Translations under genes and position numbers: made by a program
Source of the DNA: an uncultured Bdellovibrionales bacterium
Lineage (GTDB): Bacteria > Bdellovibrionota_C > UBA2361 > CAZKXU01
Assembly (NCBI GenBank): GCA_964556665.1
Contig: CAZKXU010000006.1
Location: 1 to 61,618 of the forward strand
DNA length: 61,618 nucleotides
Direction of reading: 5' to 3'
Notes under the pieces: generated by a model
Told to the model about the DNA's origin: nothing
Seen by the model: only the letters and a program-made list of their open reading frames with translations
Databases searched by the model: none
Shown here: positions 39,991-48,457 of the stretch, one piece after another
How the letters are laid out: every line of letters starts with the position of its first letter
Position numbering within the stretch: position 1 is the first letter of the stretch

Positions 39991-40051
39991 TATCGTCGTG
40001 TGTGAGAAAACGTGCAGGAAAACGTGCAGGGGCAGGGGGGGAAACGTGCAG
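39991..40051. repeat. Degenerate element end (tatcgtcgtgtgtgaga) followed by AAACGTGCAGG repeats and truncated units
   Basis: tgaga aaacgtgcagg aaaacgtgcagg ggcagg ggggg aaacgtgcag. Confidence 0.75.
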
Positions 40052-40106
40052 TGATATTTTTAACAGTTCGATAATTGGTAAAGAGGCAAAGCCTTCTGCT
40101 TCCTCC

Positions 40107-41156
40107 TTAATCTAAAAATTTCGTTTGATTATCAATCGCTACTACTTTAATCCATGTAGCCTCAAGTGTCCCAGGATATACAGCCAATCGAATTTTTGAG
40201 CGATGCTCCTCAACTTTATTGTATTGATAATATTTTACCTGAACGCGATCTAATTTTCCTTCAAGAATTGGTGAGAAATAGAGGAAATAACTATCAGCTC
40301 CTTTTTTGCGATCTATCTCCCGTTTATTACTTACTATCACTTCATAAAATTTGGGTTGTGAATAATCAAGATTGTTATTAATAAAGTTTTGTACTCCCTC
40401 ACCTGCTTGAATCATGGTTACAAAGACAGAGATGATAGAAATTATCAGATGTAGCTGTGAGTTAGGAAATCCTCTAATTATAAAATAATTTAAAATTGAA
40501 AAAATACTTAATAAAATTAATAGCAGCGCAACTACCTCCGGCCAGATCTGATTAGGATCGACAAGTGAACCTATGGAAGATAAATCAAGAGTTAATAAGA
40601 GCGCAAAAATAATGGCTGTAAATAAATAAGCACAAGTAAGCTTTAACTGCCATCTAGGATCATCGACATCAATTCCTTGCTTAAGTAAGTTATTTATAAT
40701 CTCTCCAAGCCTTTGGAGTTTGCTAGTAAGTTCCTCTCGATATAAATCAAGCTGCTCAGATAATTTTGGATTTAGCTGAGCCGTAATCATCGAGTCGCGC
40801 TGCTGGTGCGATTTGCAGGTGGAGATACTAGTAACTCCAAGGTTAAAGAGCTCTTCAATAACTTTTCTAAACTCATCATTTTTAATAAGGGCTAAAGTAA
40901 ATTTAGGATTAGGAATTACAATTTTATACTTTTTATCAAAGGCAGGTGCAAAACTTTCAACCTTTGAATTGATCTTAAGCTTATACATCAACCGAGAGAA
41001 ATTAGTCTCTAAGGAGAAATCAATATTAACATCAATTCCAAAATTGATCTTAAATATTTTACAATTTTTCGGAATAGTCCCAAATTTCAATATTAGAAAT
41101 ATCGGCAACAGCGAAATAAATACAAATATTCCTATTACTACAGGGGTAATTTCCAT
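40107..41156 (-). CDS. AT-rich hypothetical membrane protein (about 4 TM)
   Basis: ORF track; N-terminal TM plus three central hydrophobic segments. Confidence 0.72.
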   Translation of the reverse strand: MEITPVVIGIFVFISLLPIFLILKFGTIPKNCKIFKINFGIDVNIDFSLETNFSRLMYKLKINSKVESFAPAFDKKYKIVIPNPKFTLALIKNDEFRKVIEELFNLGVTSISTCKSHQQRDSMITAQLNPKLSEQLDLYREELTSKLQRLGEIINNLLKQGIDVDDPRWQLKLTCAYLFTAIIFALLLTLDLSSIGSLVDPNQIWPEVVALLLILLSIFSILNYFIIRGFPNSQLHLIISIISVFVTMIQAGEGVQNFINNNLDYSQPKFYEVIVSNKREIDRKKGADSYFLYFSPILEGKLDRVQVKYYQYNKVEEHRSKIRLAVYPGTLEATWIKVVAIDNQTKFLD

Positions 41157-41844
41157 TATTTTATTACATTATCTTTAACCTAAATAGCAAGGCAAATTTC
41201 TAAAAGCTATCAGCTGCTTGCATCCACTACTCTCATTTCAACTGCACTATTTAGGTTTAAAGGAGTATATGGATCAGCCTTTTAAAACGATAAAAAGTGA
41301 TTGAAAACATTTACTTTTGTAATATAACTAGTTCACCTATTGGATGAGCCTACCGATGAGTTGTTTTCAATCATTTTTTACCCTAAAGATTTTGCAACGA
41401 CATTTTTTATTTACCAGAAAGTGCGTGACCTTTAGCCGTAACTAATAAACTCAGAAGTAATCAGTATGGAGCGCGATGCTCCTAGCGCTGGTAATCTTGC
41501 GATATGCGCTGTGCTAGCGGCCAGATGACGCTTACCGGGAGCAATAACCAGATTAACATGTTGCTTATTGAGCTTTGAGCGGGAAGTTTCACTTGGCGTA
41601 AGGTATTGTCTTTACCGAAAACTCCATCAGCGACGAAAGAATGGAGGTGAGGATTAAAGTTTAGAGAAATCGCGTTTTGCGCGGACTAATGGATAGCTTC
41701 GCCATCAATCAACGAGCTCGGTTGATGGGCTTCGCCCATCCCTCGCACGTCCAGCTGTTTGAATGACAAAAGCAGCAGCGGGCACACCTTTGCCAGGGAG
41801 CGCCGATTCAAACACCTGGCGCAGGCTCTCCACCCTTGGCAATG

Positions 41845-42432
41845 TCACCGAGATAATTTTTTTTTGACAACACTCTTAAGTAACATCTCAAGCCGCTCTA
41901 GTATTTCCGGCTCCTCCTTAAGTTCGATAAGTGGCGCAAGTTCTTCTCTAATGATCGCAATATTTAGTTTTTCTGCCTGTCGTTTCAATGTGCTATCTAT
42001 ATCAATCCAATCCTTTGCTCTATTAGCAAAAGCTTTTAGAATAATTAGATCCTCTGCGGAACAGGTAAGGAGTTTGATATTTCTGTAATATTGAAACTTT
42101 GTAGCTCGCTTAATAATATTTTCTTCGAAGGGCATAGCACCTAAAGAAATGTCTAACGGGACGCCATTACTGGCTTCGAGTAAAAGCACCCGAAATGATA
42201 AAGCAAATTCCTTTGCATCACCTCGTCTTGCCTTAAATTGTTGAAGAAGTGCATCTATAAACCTTTCTTCTAAACCAAAACCAGTTATTACGGTTAAATC
42301 TATATCTTGCGTTAGACGAGGTTCAGCCCAGCGCTGGACTGCCAAACCTCCTATTATACAAAATTTCCATTTAAGACGCTCACAGAAATCTTGAATTTCT
42401 TGAGCTGCTACAAGTAATTTACTTTTGGCCAA
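41845..42432 (-). CDS. Pol-beta-superfamily nucleotidyltransferase (AbiEii/DUF6036-like)
   Basis: IIGGLAV......R.TQDIDL, SAEDLIILKAFANR.KDW.DI. Confidence 0.8.
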   Translation of the reverse strand: MAKSKLLVAAQEIQDFCERLKWKFCIIGGLAVQRWAEPRLTQDIDLTVITGFGLEERFIDALLQQFKARRGDAKEFALSFRVLLLEASNGVPLDISLGAMPFEENIIKRATKFQYYRNIKLLTCSAEDLIILKAFANRAKDWIDIDSTLKRQAEKLNIAIIREELAPLIELKEEPEILERLEMLLKSVVKKKLSR

Positions 42433-42664
42433 GTCTCCATCGCATAAAATATTTCTGTTGTTCTATTAACCCAGAGGTTGAAGCTCTATTGGGATCTAGT
42501 ATGATATTGTCGGCATGTTCAAAAATTCTTTCTATGGCTTGGCGACACTGCTTTTCAGTCATCTGTCTAAGCTCGTTTGAAGAGTGTTCCCCTAGAGCAA
42601 CAGAAGCTGATTTCCATTGCTTGATCCAAGCAAGATGATCCGGGTTGGGCACTTTGTCCGACAT
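42419..42664 (-). CDS. Small protein overlapping the nucleotidyltransferase start (putative antitoxin/partner)
   Basis: 81 aa, 14-nt overlap, same strand. Confidence 0.65.
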   Translation of the reverse strand: MSDKVPNPDHLAWIKQWKSASVALGEHSSNELRQMTEKQCRQAIERIFEHADNIILDPNRASTSGLIEQQKYFMRWRLGQK

Positions 42665-42875
42665 AGCTATATTCTATCATATCAATCTTTGGACAGCTAT
42701 TGCTAAAGTATATGCCTGCGATAGGTATGCCTGAGCCACATACCAGCGCTTCACCGAATATATAACTTCTGTGCTGATGGCATATATCTATGTAATCGCA
42801 CTTTCATTGCTAAAGTTCCTCAAATATTTTCAAGAAGTAAAAAAATAGGGTGACTCCTAAAAAAATGCTAATACA

Positions 42876-43165
42876 TTAAAAGCCGATCCGTCGTTTTGAG
42901 CCTTCAACTGGCTGCTCCAATTGTGAGATGAGGAATTGAATTTCCTGCAATTCCTGCTCATGCGCTGCAAAACCCCTGGCGAGGCGACTTTCGATCTCCT
43001 GCAGTCGCTTCTTTAAGTCGCTGTTTTCATGGATCACTTCTCTCATGCGAATGAATGCACCTACAATTAGAATACTGGCTTCAATACCACGCGTTGACCT
43101 CGAATTAGATGAATTTGTTCCTCAACTGTAACAAGTGCCGTATCACAAGATATTTTATCCGTCAT
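42876..43165 (-). pseudogene. Internally deleted ORF6N-domain gene
   Basis: N-terminus MTDK...EEQIHLIRGQRVVL is joined out of frame to the C-terminus ASILIVGAFIRMRE...KRLQEIE...KRRIGF*. Confidence 0.8.
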
Positions 43166-43273
43166 TAGTTATTCCTCCTAAGTAACTAATCGGTAATTCA
43201 AATCAGAAATTTCCTGCTGTCTATAGGAGAACAAACGGGTTTGGTGCCAAGCAACATTGTTATGTGCTCAAGA

Positions 43274-43300
43274 GTTTCGGCAAAGATAATGGCAAGCTTA
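43274..43300 (-). promoter_or_regulatory. Sigma28-like promoter upstream of the ORF6N remnant
   Basis: Minus strand TAAG-N15-GCCGAAAC vs consensus TAAA-N15-GCCGATAA. Confidence 0.4.
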
Positions 43301-43331
43301 GCGGCGCAGCTTGGGCAGATTCTCTTCTTAC

Positions 43332-43964
43332 TTAATTAAAAATTAATTTTGCCTCTGTACGTTTCTGGATCTCATCTTTTTGGATACCTGGTGCAAGTTC
43401 GATCAGCTTTAATCCTCCAGCAACTACATCAAAAATGCCTAGATCAGTATAGATACGATCTACACATTTCTGACCTGTCAGCGGCAGATCACATTTTTTC
43501 ATAAGTTTTGGTGTGCCGTCTTTGGCGTTATGATCCATTAGTACGACTACGCGCTTAACACCGGCTACTAGGTCCATTGCACCGCCCATACCTTTCACCA
43601 TCTTACCGGGGATTGTCCAATTAGCGAGATCTCCATCTTCACTTACCTGTAAAGCACCAAGGATACTAAGATCTATATGTCCGCCGCGAATCATGCCGAA
43701 GGAGTACGCACTGTCGAAATAGCTTGATTCAGGTAGTGCAGAGATAGTCTGTTTCCCTGCGTTGATTAGATCGGGGTCAACCTCGTTTTCGTACGGAAAG
43801 GGGCCCATGCCGAGCATGCCGTTTTCGCTCTGTAAGGTGACATGTACATGCTGCGGTATATAGTTTGCCACCATAGTTGGGATTCCAATCCCAAGGTTCA
43901 CATAGTAGCCATCTACTATCTCTCTGGAGGCTAGCTTACAGATCTCTTCACGGGTCCAAGCCAT
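43332..43964 (-). CDS. scoB: 3-oxoacid CoA-transferase subunit B
   Basis: VNLGIGIPT, LQSENG, DLINAGK, GMGGAMDL. Confidence 0.93.
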   Translation of the reverse strand: MAWTREEICKLASREIVDGYYVNLGIGIPTMVANYIPQHVHVTLQSENGMLGMGPFPYENEVDPDLINAGKQTISALPESSYFDSAYSFGMIRGGHIDLSILGALQVSEDGDLANWTIPGKMVKGMGGAMDLVAGVKRVVVLMDHNAKDGTPKLMKKCDLPLTGQKCVDRIYTDLGIFDVVAGGLKLIELAPGIQKDEIQKRTEAKLIFN

Positions 43965-43991
43965 TTATTGCTCCTTAATATGAATAGTTAT

Positions 43992-44693
43992 TTACGCATC
44001 TCTGATCGTACGGCGCTCGATCCGCTTCTCAAAATGTATGCCTTTAAAAATCCGATCAATGAAGATGCCGGGCGTGTGTATTTGGTCCGGATCAATCTCA
44101 CCGATCTCAACTAATTCCTCAACCTCTACAACTGTAGTGCTGGCTGCTGTTGCCATAATAGGGTTAAAGTTGCGGGCTGTCTTGCGGAAGACAAGATTTC
44201 CTTCCTTATCACCCTTCCAGGCTTTGATAATAGCTAGATCAGCCCAGAGACCTTTCTCCATCACATAAGTTTTGCCGTTAAACTCACGGGTCTCTTTGCC
44301 CTCTGCAACCTGCGTTCCAACTCCACTGCGTGTAAAAAAAGCCGGTATGCCGGCGCCGCCGGCGCGGATACGCTCTGCTAATGTGCCTTGCGGATTTAAC
44401 TCTAGCTCAAGTTCGCCGCTTAGGAATTGCTGCTCGAAGGTTTTATTTTCTCCAACATAAGAGGAGATCATCTTTTTGATCTGTCTGGTATGCAATAGAA
44501 CTCCCATGCCGAAGTCATCAACTCCACAGTTATTACTGATTACGGTTAGGTCTTTCACGCCCGAGGCATGCAGGGCTTTTATGCAGTGTTCAGGTATGCC
44601 ACAAAGACCAAATCCACCGGCCATAATAGTAAGATTGTCCCGTAGAAGTCCGTGCAAAGCACTCTCGGCATTTTGATATACCTTTTGATTCAT
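43992..44693 (-). CDS. scoA: 3-oxoacid CoA-transferase subunit A
   Basis: [39 protein letters not shown]. Confidence 0.93.
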   Translation of the reverse strand: MNQKVYQNAESALHGLLRDNLTIMAGGFGLCGIPEHCIKALHASGVKDLTVISNNCGVDDFGMGVLLHTRQIKKMISSYVGENKTFEQQFLSGELELELNPQGTLAERIRAGGAGIPAFFTRSGVGTQVAEGKETREFNGKTYVMEKGLWADLAIIKAWKGDKEGNLVFRKTARNFNPIMATAASTTVVEVEELVEIGEIDPDQIHTPGIFIDRIFKGIHFEKRIERRTIRDA

Positions 44694-44744
44694 CAACAAA
44701 GCATTAACATCGCGGCGGCATTTAATCAATATCTACGTATAGTG

Positions 44745-44787
44745 AAGGAAACTTTTTCAACATTTCTCCGAATACATAAATATAAGG
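44745..44787 (+). promoter_or_regulatory. Candidate sigma28-like promoter of the type III operon, containing a 24-mer shared with 33873-33896
   Basis: GAAA-N15-TCCGAATA; TTCTCCGAATACATAAATATAAGG at 44764-44787. Confidence 0.5.
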
Positions 44788-44849
44788 GCAGGTAGGCAGC
44801 AATAATATTCGCCAAGCTTACCACTCTATTTCTTAAATAATGGGGCGTT

Positions 44850-45158
44850 ATGCAGAGTAATACTATATCACCTAGCTCGACAGTGAGGCTTCCGCAAATC
44901 TCTGAAAATAAAACTATAGCTAATGGGGAGGGGGCCAGGTTTGGACAGGTAATGGATGAGCTGAGAGGTAAGTCTCGCGATCCGTATATAGAGCTAAAGA
45001 GCTTAAAGGAGAAGCTTTTAGGAGGTGCAGAGATTCCACCAAAAGAGCTTCTTTTATATCAGATTCGGGCAAGCGAATACGGACTTAAGGTCGAATTAGT
45101 TTCCAAGGTAGGTGAAAGTCTAAGCGCTAGTCTTAAAAAACTACAGAGCGGGAATTAG
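44850..45158 (+). CDS. SctI/HrpB2-like inner-rod-type protein (tentative)
   Basis: C-terminal PKELLLYQ.....Y...VELVSKV......LKKLQ resembles SctI/needle-family C-termini; first gene of the export operon. Confidence 0.55.
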   Translation: MQSNTISPSSTVRLPQISENKTIANGEGARFGQVMDELRGKSRDPYIELKSLKEKLLGGAEIPPKELLLYQIRASEYGLKVELVSKVGESLSASLKKLQSGN

Positions 45159-45162
45159 TCAG

Positions 45163-46020
45163 ATGGAATCTGAGGAAGTTAAAAGATATCTTATTAAGAG
45201 TCTCGCAATTGAAAGAGAGCTCACCCATACAAGAAATGAGCTTTCAGAGCTTAAGTACACTCAGAGCATTGAAGAGCGTAAGCTAAATGAGTGCAGAGCT
45301 AAATTTGCTAAGGTCAAAGAGGCTCTAGAGAAAAGGTCTACTAAAGATCCTGCTCTCGGTCTACATGAAACAAGAGAGGGTATTAAGCGTCTTAAAGAAA
45401 AAACAGTCCAGGTTAATGCACAGGCGAGTAAGACAGATGCGATTAACCATAATATAGAGAAGCAGCTATGTAAGCTGTCTGCTGAGAATCGCAGGTTTGA
45501 ACGTTGCCAGGAGATCATTAAGGAACGGCGATTTAAGGAACTCCAGCAGCGTGAGGATATCGCAGCAGAGGAACTGCAGGAAGGTGGATTATTACTTAAA
45601 TATAGCAGCGTAGAGTCACTTCCCATAACTGCAGTGCCTGTTTCTAGTAATACTAAAACTCTCCATTCTTTCATGCAGGAAGAGAATTACTGTAGTCATA
45701 ATATGGAAAGTGGCACTTCTCACAGTGAGCCTATGCCTTCATATCATGACTTTGTAGGAGAGATCTCAAAATTAAAGATCTGGAATTCACTAAATACAAG
45801 CAGAGGAATAAATTTTGAGTATAAAGATTCTACTGGTGAAAAGATCCTAGTAGATCTCTTTAGTCTTAGAGCAGATGAACTTACAGTAAATTTAAGTACA
45901 GCAAGTAAGGCAAAGCGTAGAGAACTTTTAAGTGTCAGAAGTCGGATAAAGCAATCACTCGCAGAGACTGGGTATAAATCTAAGATTGATATAATAGGAG
46001 ATTCAGGTGCCGAATATTAA
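45163..46020 (+). CDS. Coiled-coil SctO/FliJ-like N-terminus fused to a FliK/SctP-like C-terminal domain (tentative)
   Basis: About 145-aa charged coiled coil; C-terminal ILVDL....ELTVNL......RRELL.....IKQSLAETG pattern; position before sctR. Confidence 0.5.
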   Translation: MESEEVKRYLIKSLAIERELTHTRNELSELKYTQSIEERKLNECRAKFAKVKEALEKRSTKDPALGLHETREGIKRLKEKTVQVNAQASKTDAINHNIEKQLCKLSAENRRFERCQEIIKERRFKELQQREDIAAEELQEGGLLLKYSSVESLPITAVPVSSNTKTLHSFMQEENYCSHNMESGTSHSEPMPSYHDFVGEISKLKIWNSLNTSRGINFEYKDSTGEKILVDLFSLRADELTVNLSTASKAKRRELLSVRSRIKQSLAETGYKSKIDIIGDSGAEY

Positions 46021-46663
46021 TCCTATCTGGCTTGTCCTGGCTAGTTTCCTGCTAGCCCTAGCTCCGATCTTAGTTGGGCTTCTGACTTCGTATGTAAAGG
46101 TTAGTATCGTTCTTGGAATGTTGCGTAACGGCATCGGAGCTCAACAGGTTCCGGGAGCGCTGGTAGTCATGGCGTTATCTATTGCCCTTACAGCATTTAT
46201 CATGGCACCTACAATAGAGCGCACCTCTCAGATAGCAATAGGAATGAAGATCGAGGATCGCACCCCAACAGTTTCTGATATCAAGGCGATTGATCCGCTA
46301 CTAGTTCCGTGGCGTGAATTTATGATTAAGCATGCCGGCAACAGAGAGATTGCGGCATTAAAGCTGATGAGGCCTTCTCTAACAGTTGGGCAAGAACATG
46401 AGATCGGGAAAGAGTCACTATCCTTTGGGATTATCCTACCAGCCTTTGTCCTATCTGAGCTTAAGGAGGCATTTGCAATGGGATTTGTGCTACTCCTGCC
46501 GTTTCTGCTTATCGACTTAGTTGTCTCGAATGTCCTAGTAGGGTTAGGGATGATGATGGTGAGTCCAACAATGATCTCATTGCCGCTTAAATTACTGCTA
46601 TTTGTCGGATGTGATGGTTGGATTCTACTTTCACGGGGTTTAATTAATTCCTACAATGTTTGA
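46007..46663 (+). CDS. sctR: Type III export gate SctR (FliP family)
   Basis: TSYVKVSIVL..LRN.IG.QQVP, PAFVLSELKEAF, LGMMMVSP..ISLPLKLLLFV..DGW; no FliP-type signal peptide. Confidence 0.88.
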   Translation: MPNINPIWLVLASFLLALAPILVGLLTSYVKVSIVLGMLRNGIGAQQVPGALVVMALSIALTAFIMAPTIERTSQIAIGMKIEDRTPTVSDIKAIDPLLVPWREFMIKHAGNREIAALKLMRPSLTVGQEHEIGKESLSFGIILPAFVLSELKEAFAMGFVLLLPFLLIDLVVSNVLVGLGMMMVSPTMISLPLKLLLFVGCDGWILLSRGLINSYNV

Positions 46664-46916
46664 GATCTATATTCGAAACACCTTCATTCTAGTGATTGTA
46701 TTCTCAGGCATTCCGTTGCTAGTGAGTTCGGTGTGCGGTTTAGTTATCTCCATAATGCAGGCCGCTACCCAGATACAGGAGCAGAGTTTAAGCTATCTTG
46801 TTAAGTCTTTAACAGTCAGTATCGTTTTTTATCTACTGTCGAATTTTTATGCGAGTGAGTCCGTAAAGTTTTTTCAGGAGATGTTGGGAGGAATTGAGAG
46901 ATTAGGAAGGATGTAA
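46656..46916 (+). CDS. sctS: Type III export gate SctS (FliQ family)
   Basis: GLVISIMQAATQIQEQSLSYLVK. Confidence 0.9.
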   Translation: MFEIYIRNTFILVIVFSGIPLLVSSVCGLVISIMQAATQIQEQSLSYLVKSLTVSIVFYLLSNFYASESVKFFQEMLGGIERLGRM

Positions 46917-46945
46917 TTAAAGATTTTATTTAAAATAGACTAACA

Positions 46946-47674
46946 ATGGAGCACGCTCTACTAAGCAGTTTTGTCCCTTCATTTTTCCGTGCACTTGGAT
47001 TGCTCTATATATTGCCATTTGGGGAGGGGTATCTTAACGCTGCAACTAAGCTTGCTATTGCCGTAGGAATGGCACTCTTTATCCAGCCAGAGCTGCCAGC
47101 AGCTGGCCCGCTATATCCGATCTCATATATGTCGGAGTTTCTAATAGGTATATGTATCGGACTACCTACCGCTCTTACCATCTCGGCCTTTTCAATGTGG
47201 GGAGAGCTTATGGATACAGCGCGAGGTCAGAACATCTCGTATATCCTAGATCCTCTTAGTAACATTCAATCGCCATTACTTGGGGTATTTATGAACAATC
47301 TTGCCTGGAGCAGTGCTGTGCTTCTAGGGGTCCTTGAATTAAATCTGGTCGGTTATGTAAGGAGTTTTAATATAATTGCTGCCGGCGGATTTGAGATCTT
47401 CAATCTCACTACTATAGCCTCTCAGATGTTGAAGTTTCTCGGTATAAGTATCTCAGCACTACTACTTTTTCATCTACCTGTAGCGCTTCTATTCCTAATG
47501 ATCGAATTAGCTCTTGGATATATTGCGAAAGTTATACCGCGGAGCTCATTTGCCGCTGAATCATTCCAGATAAAGTCGTATCTTGGACTTTTAATGATTG
47601 TCTTGCTGCTTCAGTTGGACGTTCTGCCAAGTCTCCTCTCTTTTACTAAGCATGGAGCTTTACTGTTGGAGTAG
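46946..47674 (+). CDS. sctT: Type III export gate SctT (FliR family)
   Basis: E.LIG..IG, GELMDTARG, DP, ELALGYIAKVIP, F.IK; multi-TM; synteny. Confidence 0.85.
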   Translation: MEHALLSSFVPSFFRALGLLYILPFGEGYLNAATKLAIAVGMALFIQPELPAAGPLYPISYMSEFLIGICIGLPTALTISAFSMWGELMDTARGQNISYILDPLSNIQSPLLGVFMNNLAWSSAVLLGVLELNLVGYVRSFNIIAAGGFEIFNLTTIASQMLKFLGISISALLLFHLPVALLFLMIELALGYIAKVIPRSSFAAESFQIKSYLGLLMIVLLLQLDVLPSLLSFTKHGALLLE

Positions 47675-48457
47675 GTGATGCCGGAGGAGAAGCCTTATAA
47701 GCCTACCAAACGGAGATTAGATAAGGCACGTCGAGACGGGAAAGTCCTTAAAAGTCAACAGCTTACTCAGTCTATTGTAGTTGCATTACTTCCTCTTCTC
47801 TGCATTTATTTAGCAGGTCCTGCTTGGGTAAGGATGAGAAAGTTGTTAGAATATCAGTTGACACTAGGGTTCACCGAGCCGCTCTCTGCATTTTCTGCTA
47901 TGTTAGAAATACTTTGTGAATTCCTCTTTGTCGTATTATTGTTAGGCTCGTTTCTAGGAGTAGTTCTGGAAGGAGTTCAGATCGGCTTTCGGTTTGAGGG
48001 GGCACTTATAGCTCCAAAGTTGAGTCGTTTGAATCCAATAGCAGGGGTAGGTAAAACTCTTTCTAGTTTACGACAGATCTGGACTCAGGCGCTGCGTCTT
48101 CTGTTTCTTGTAACTGTATTTATCTGGTTTTTTAAGGGCAACTATCTTGCATACGTAAAGCTCTACTTCTTACCTCTGGAGCAGGCTTTGGAGGTCGGAC
48201 TTGAGCTACTTAAAAGACTACTGTATGTGATGGGAGTAGCAGTGATGATCGTAGGCGGCGTTGATTATCTTTTAACACGTCGTCGCTTTGTAAAAGATCT
48301 CTCCATGAGCTTGGATGAGCTAAAGCGTGAGCAGCGAGAGGATGAAGGTGATCCTCATATTAAGGCCAGACGTAAGGCGCTCCACGAGGCCATACTGATG
48401 CAGGATATTGTAAGACGGGTACGCAGTTCGAAAGTTATAGTAGTTGAGAAGATGTAA
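47675..48457 (+). CDS. sctU: SctU/FlhB N-terminal part (TM domain plus CN linker), ending at the normal NPTH position
   Basis: EEKPYKPT.RRL.KAR.DG, PKLSRLNP..G, L.MS.DELKRE....EGDPHIKARR, ends KVIVVEKM*. Confidence 0.88.
   Translation: MMPEEKPYKPTKRRLDKARRDGKVLKSQQLTQSIVVALLPLLCIYLAGPAWVRMRKLLEYQLTLGFTEPLSAFSAMLEILCEFLFVVLLLGSFLGVVLEGVQIGFRFEGALIAPKLSRLNPIAGVGKTLSSLRQIWTQALRLLFLVTVFIWFFKGNYLAYVKLYFLPLEQALEVGLELLKRLLYVMGVAVMIVGGVDYLLTRRRFVKDLSMSLDELKREQREDEGDPHIKARRKALHEAILMQDIVRRVRSSKVIVVEKM

Noticed and set aside
46007-48457. Calling the export genes a flagellar fliPQR-flhB cluster
   Set aside because: No fliO or flhA, no FliP signal peptide, and SctR-type motifs; flagellar origin cannot be fully excluded without phylogeny.
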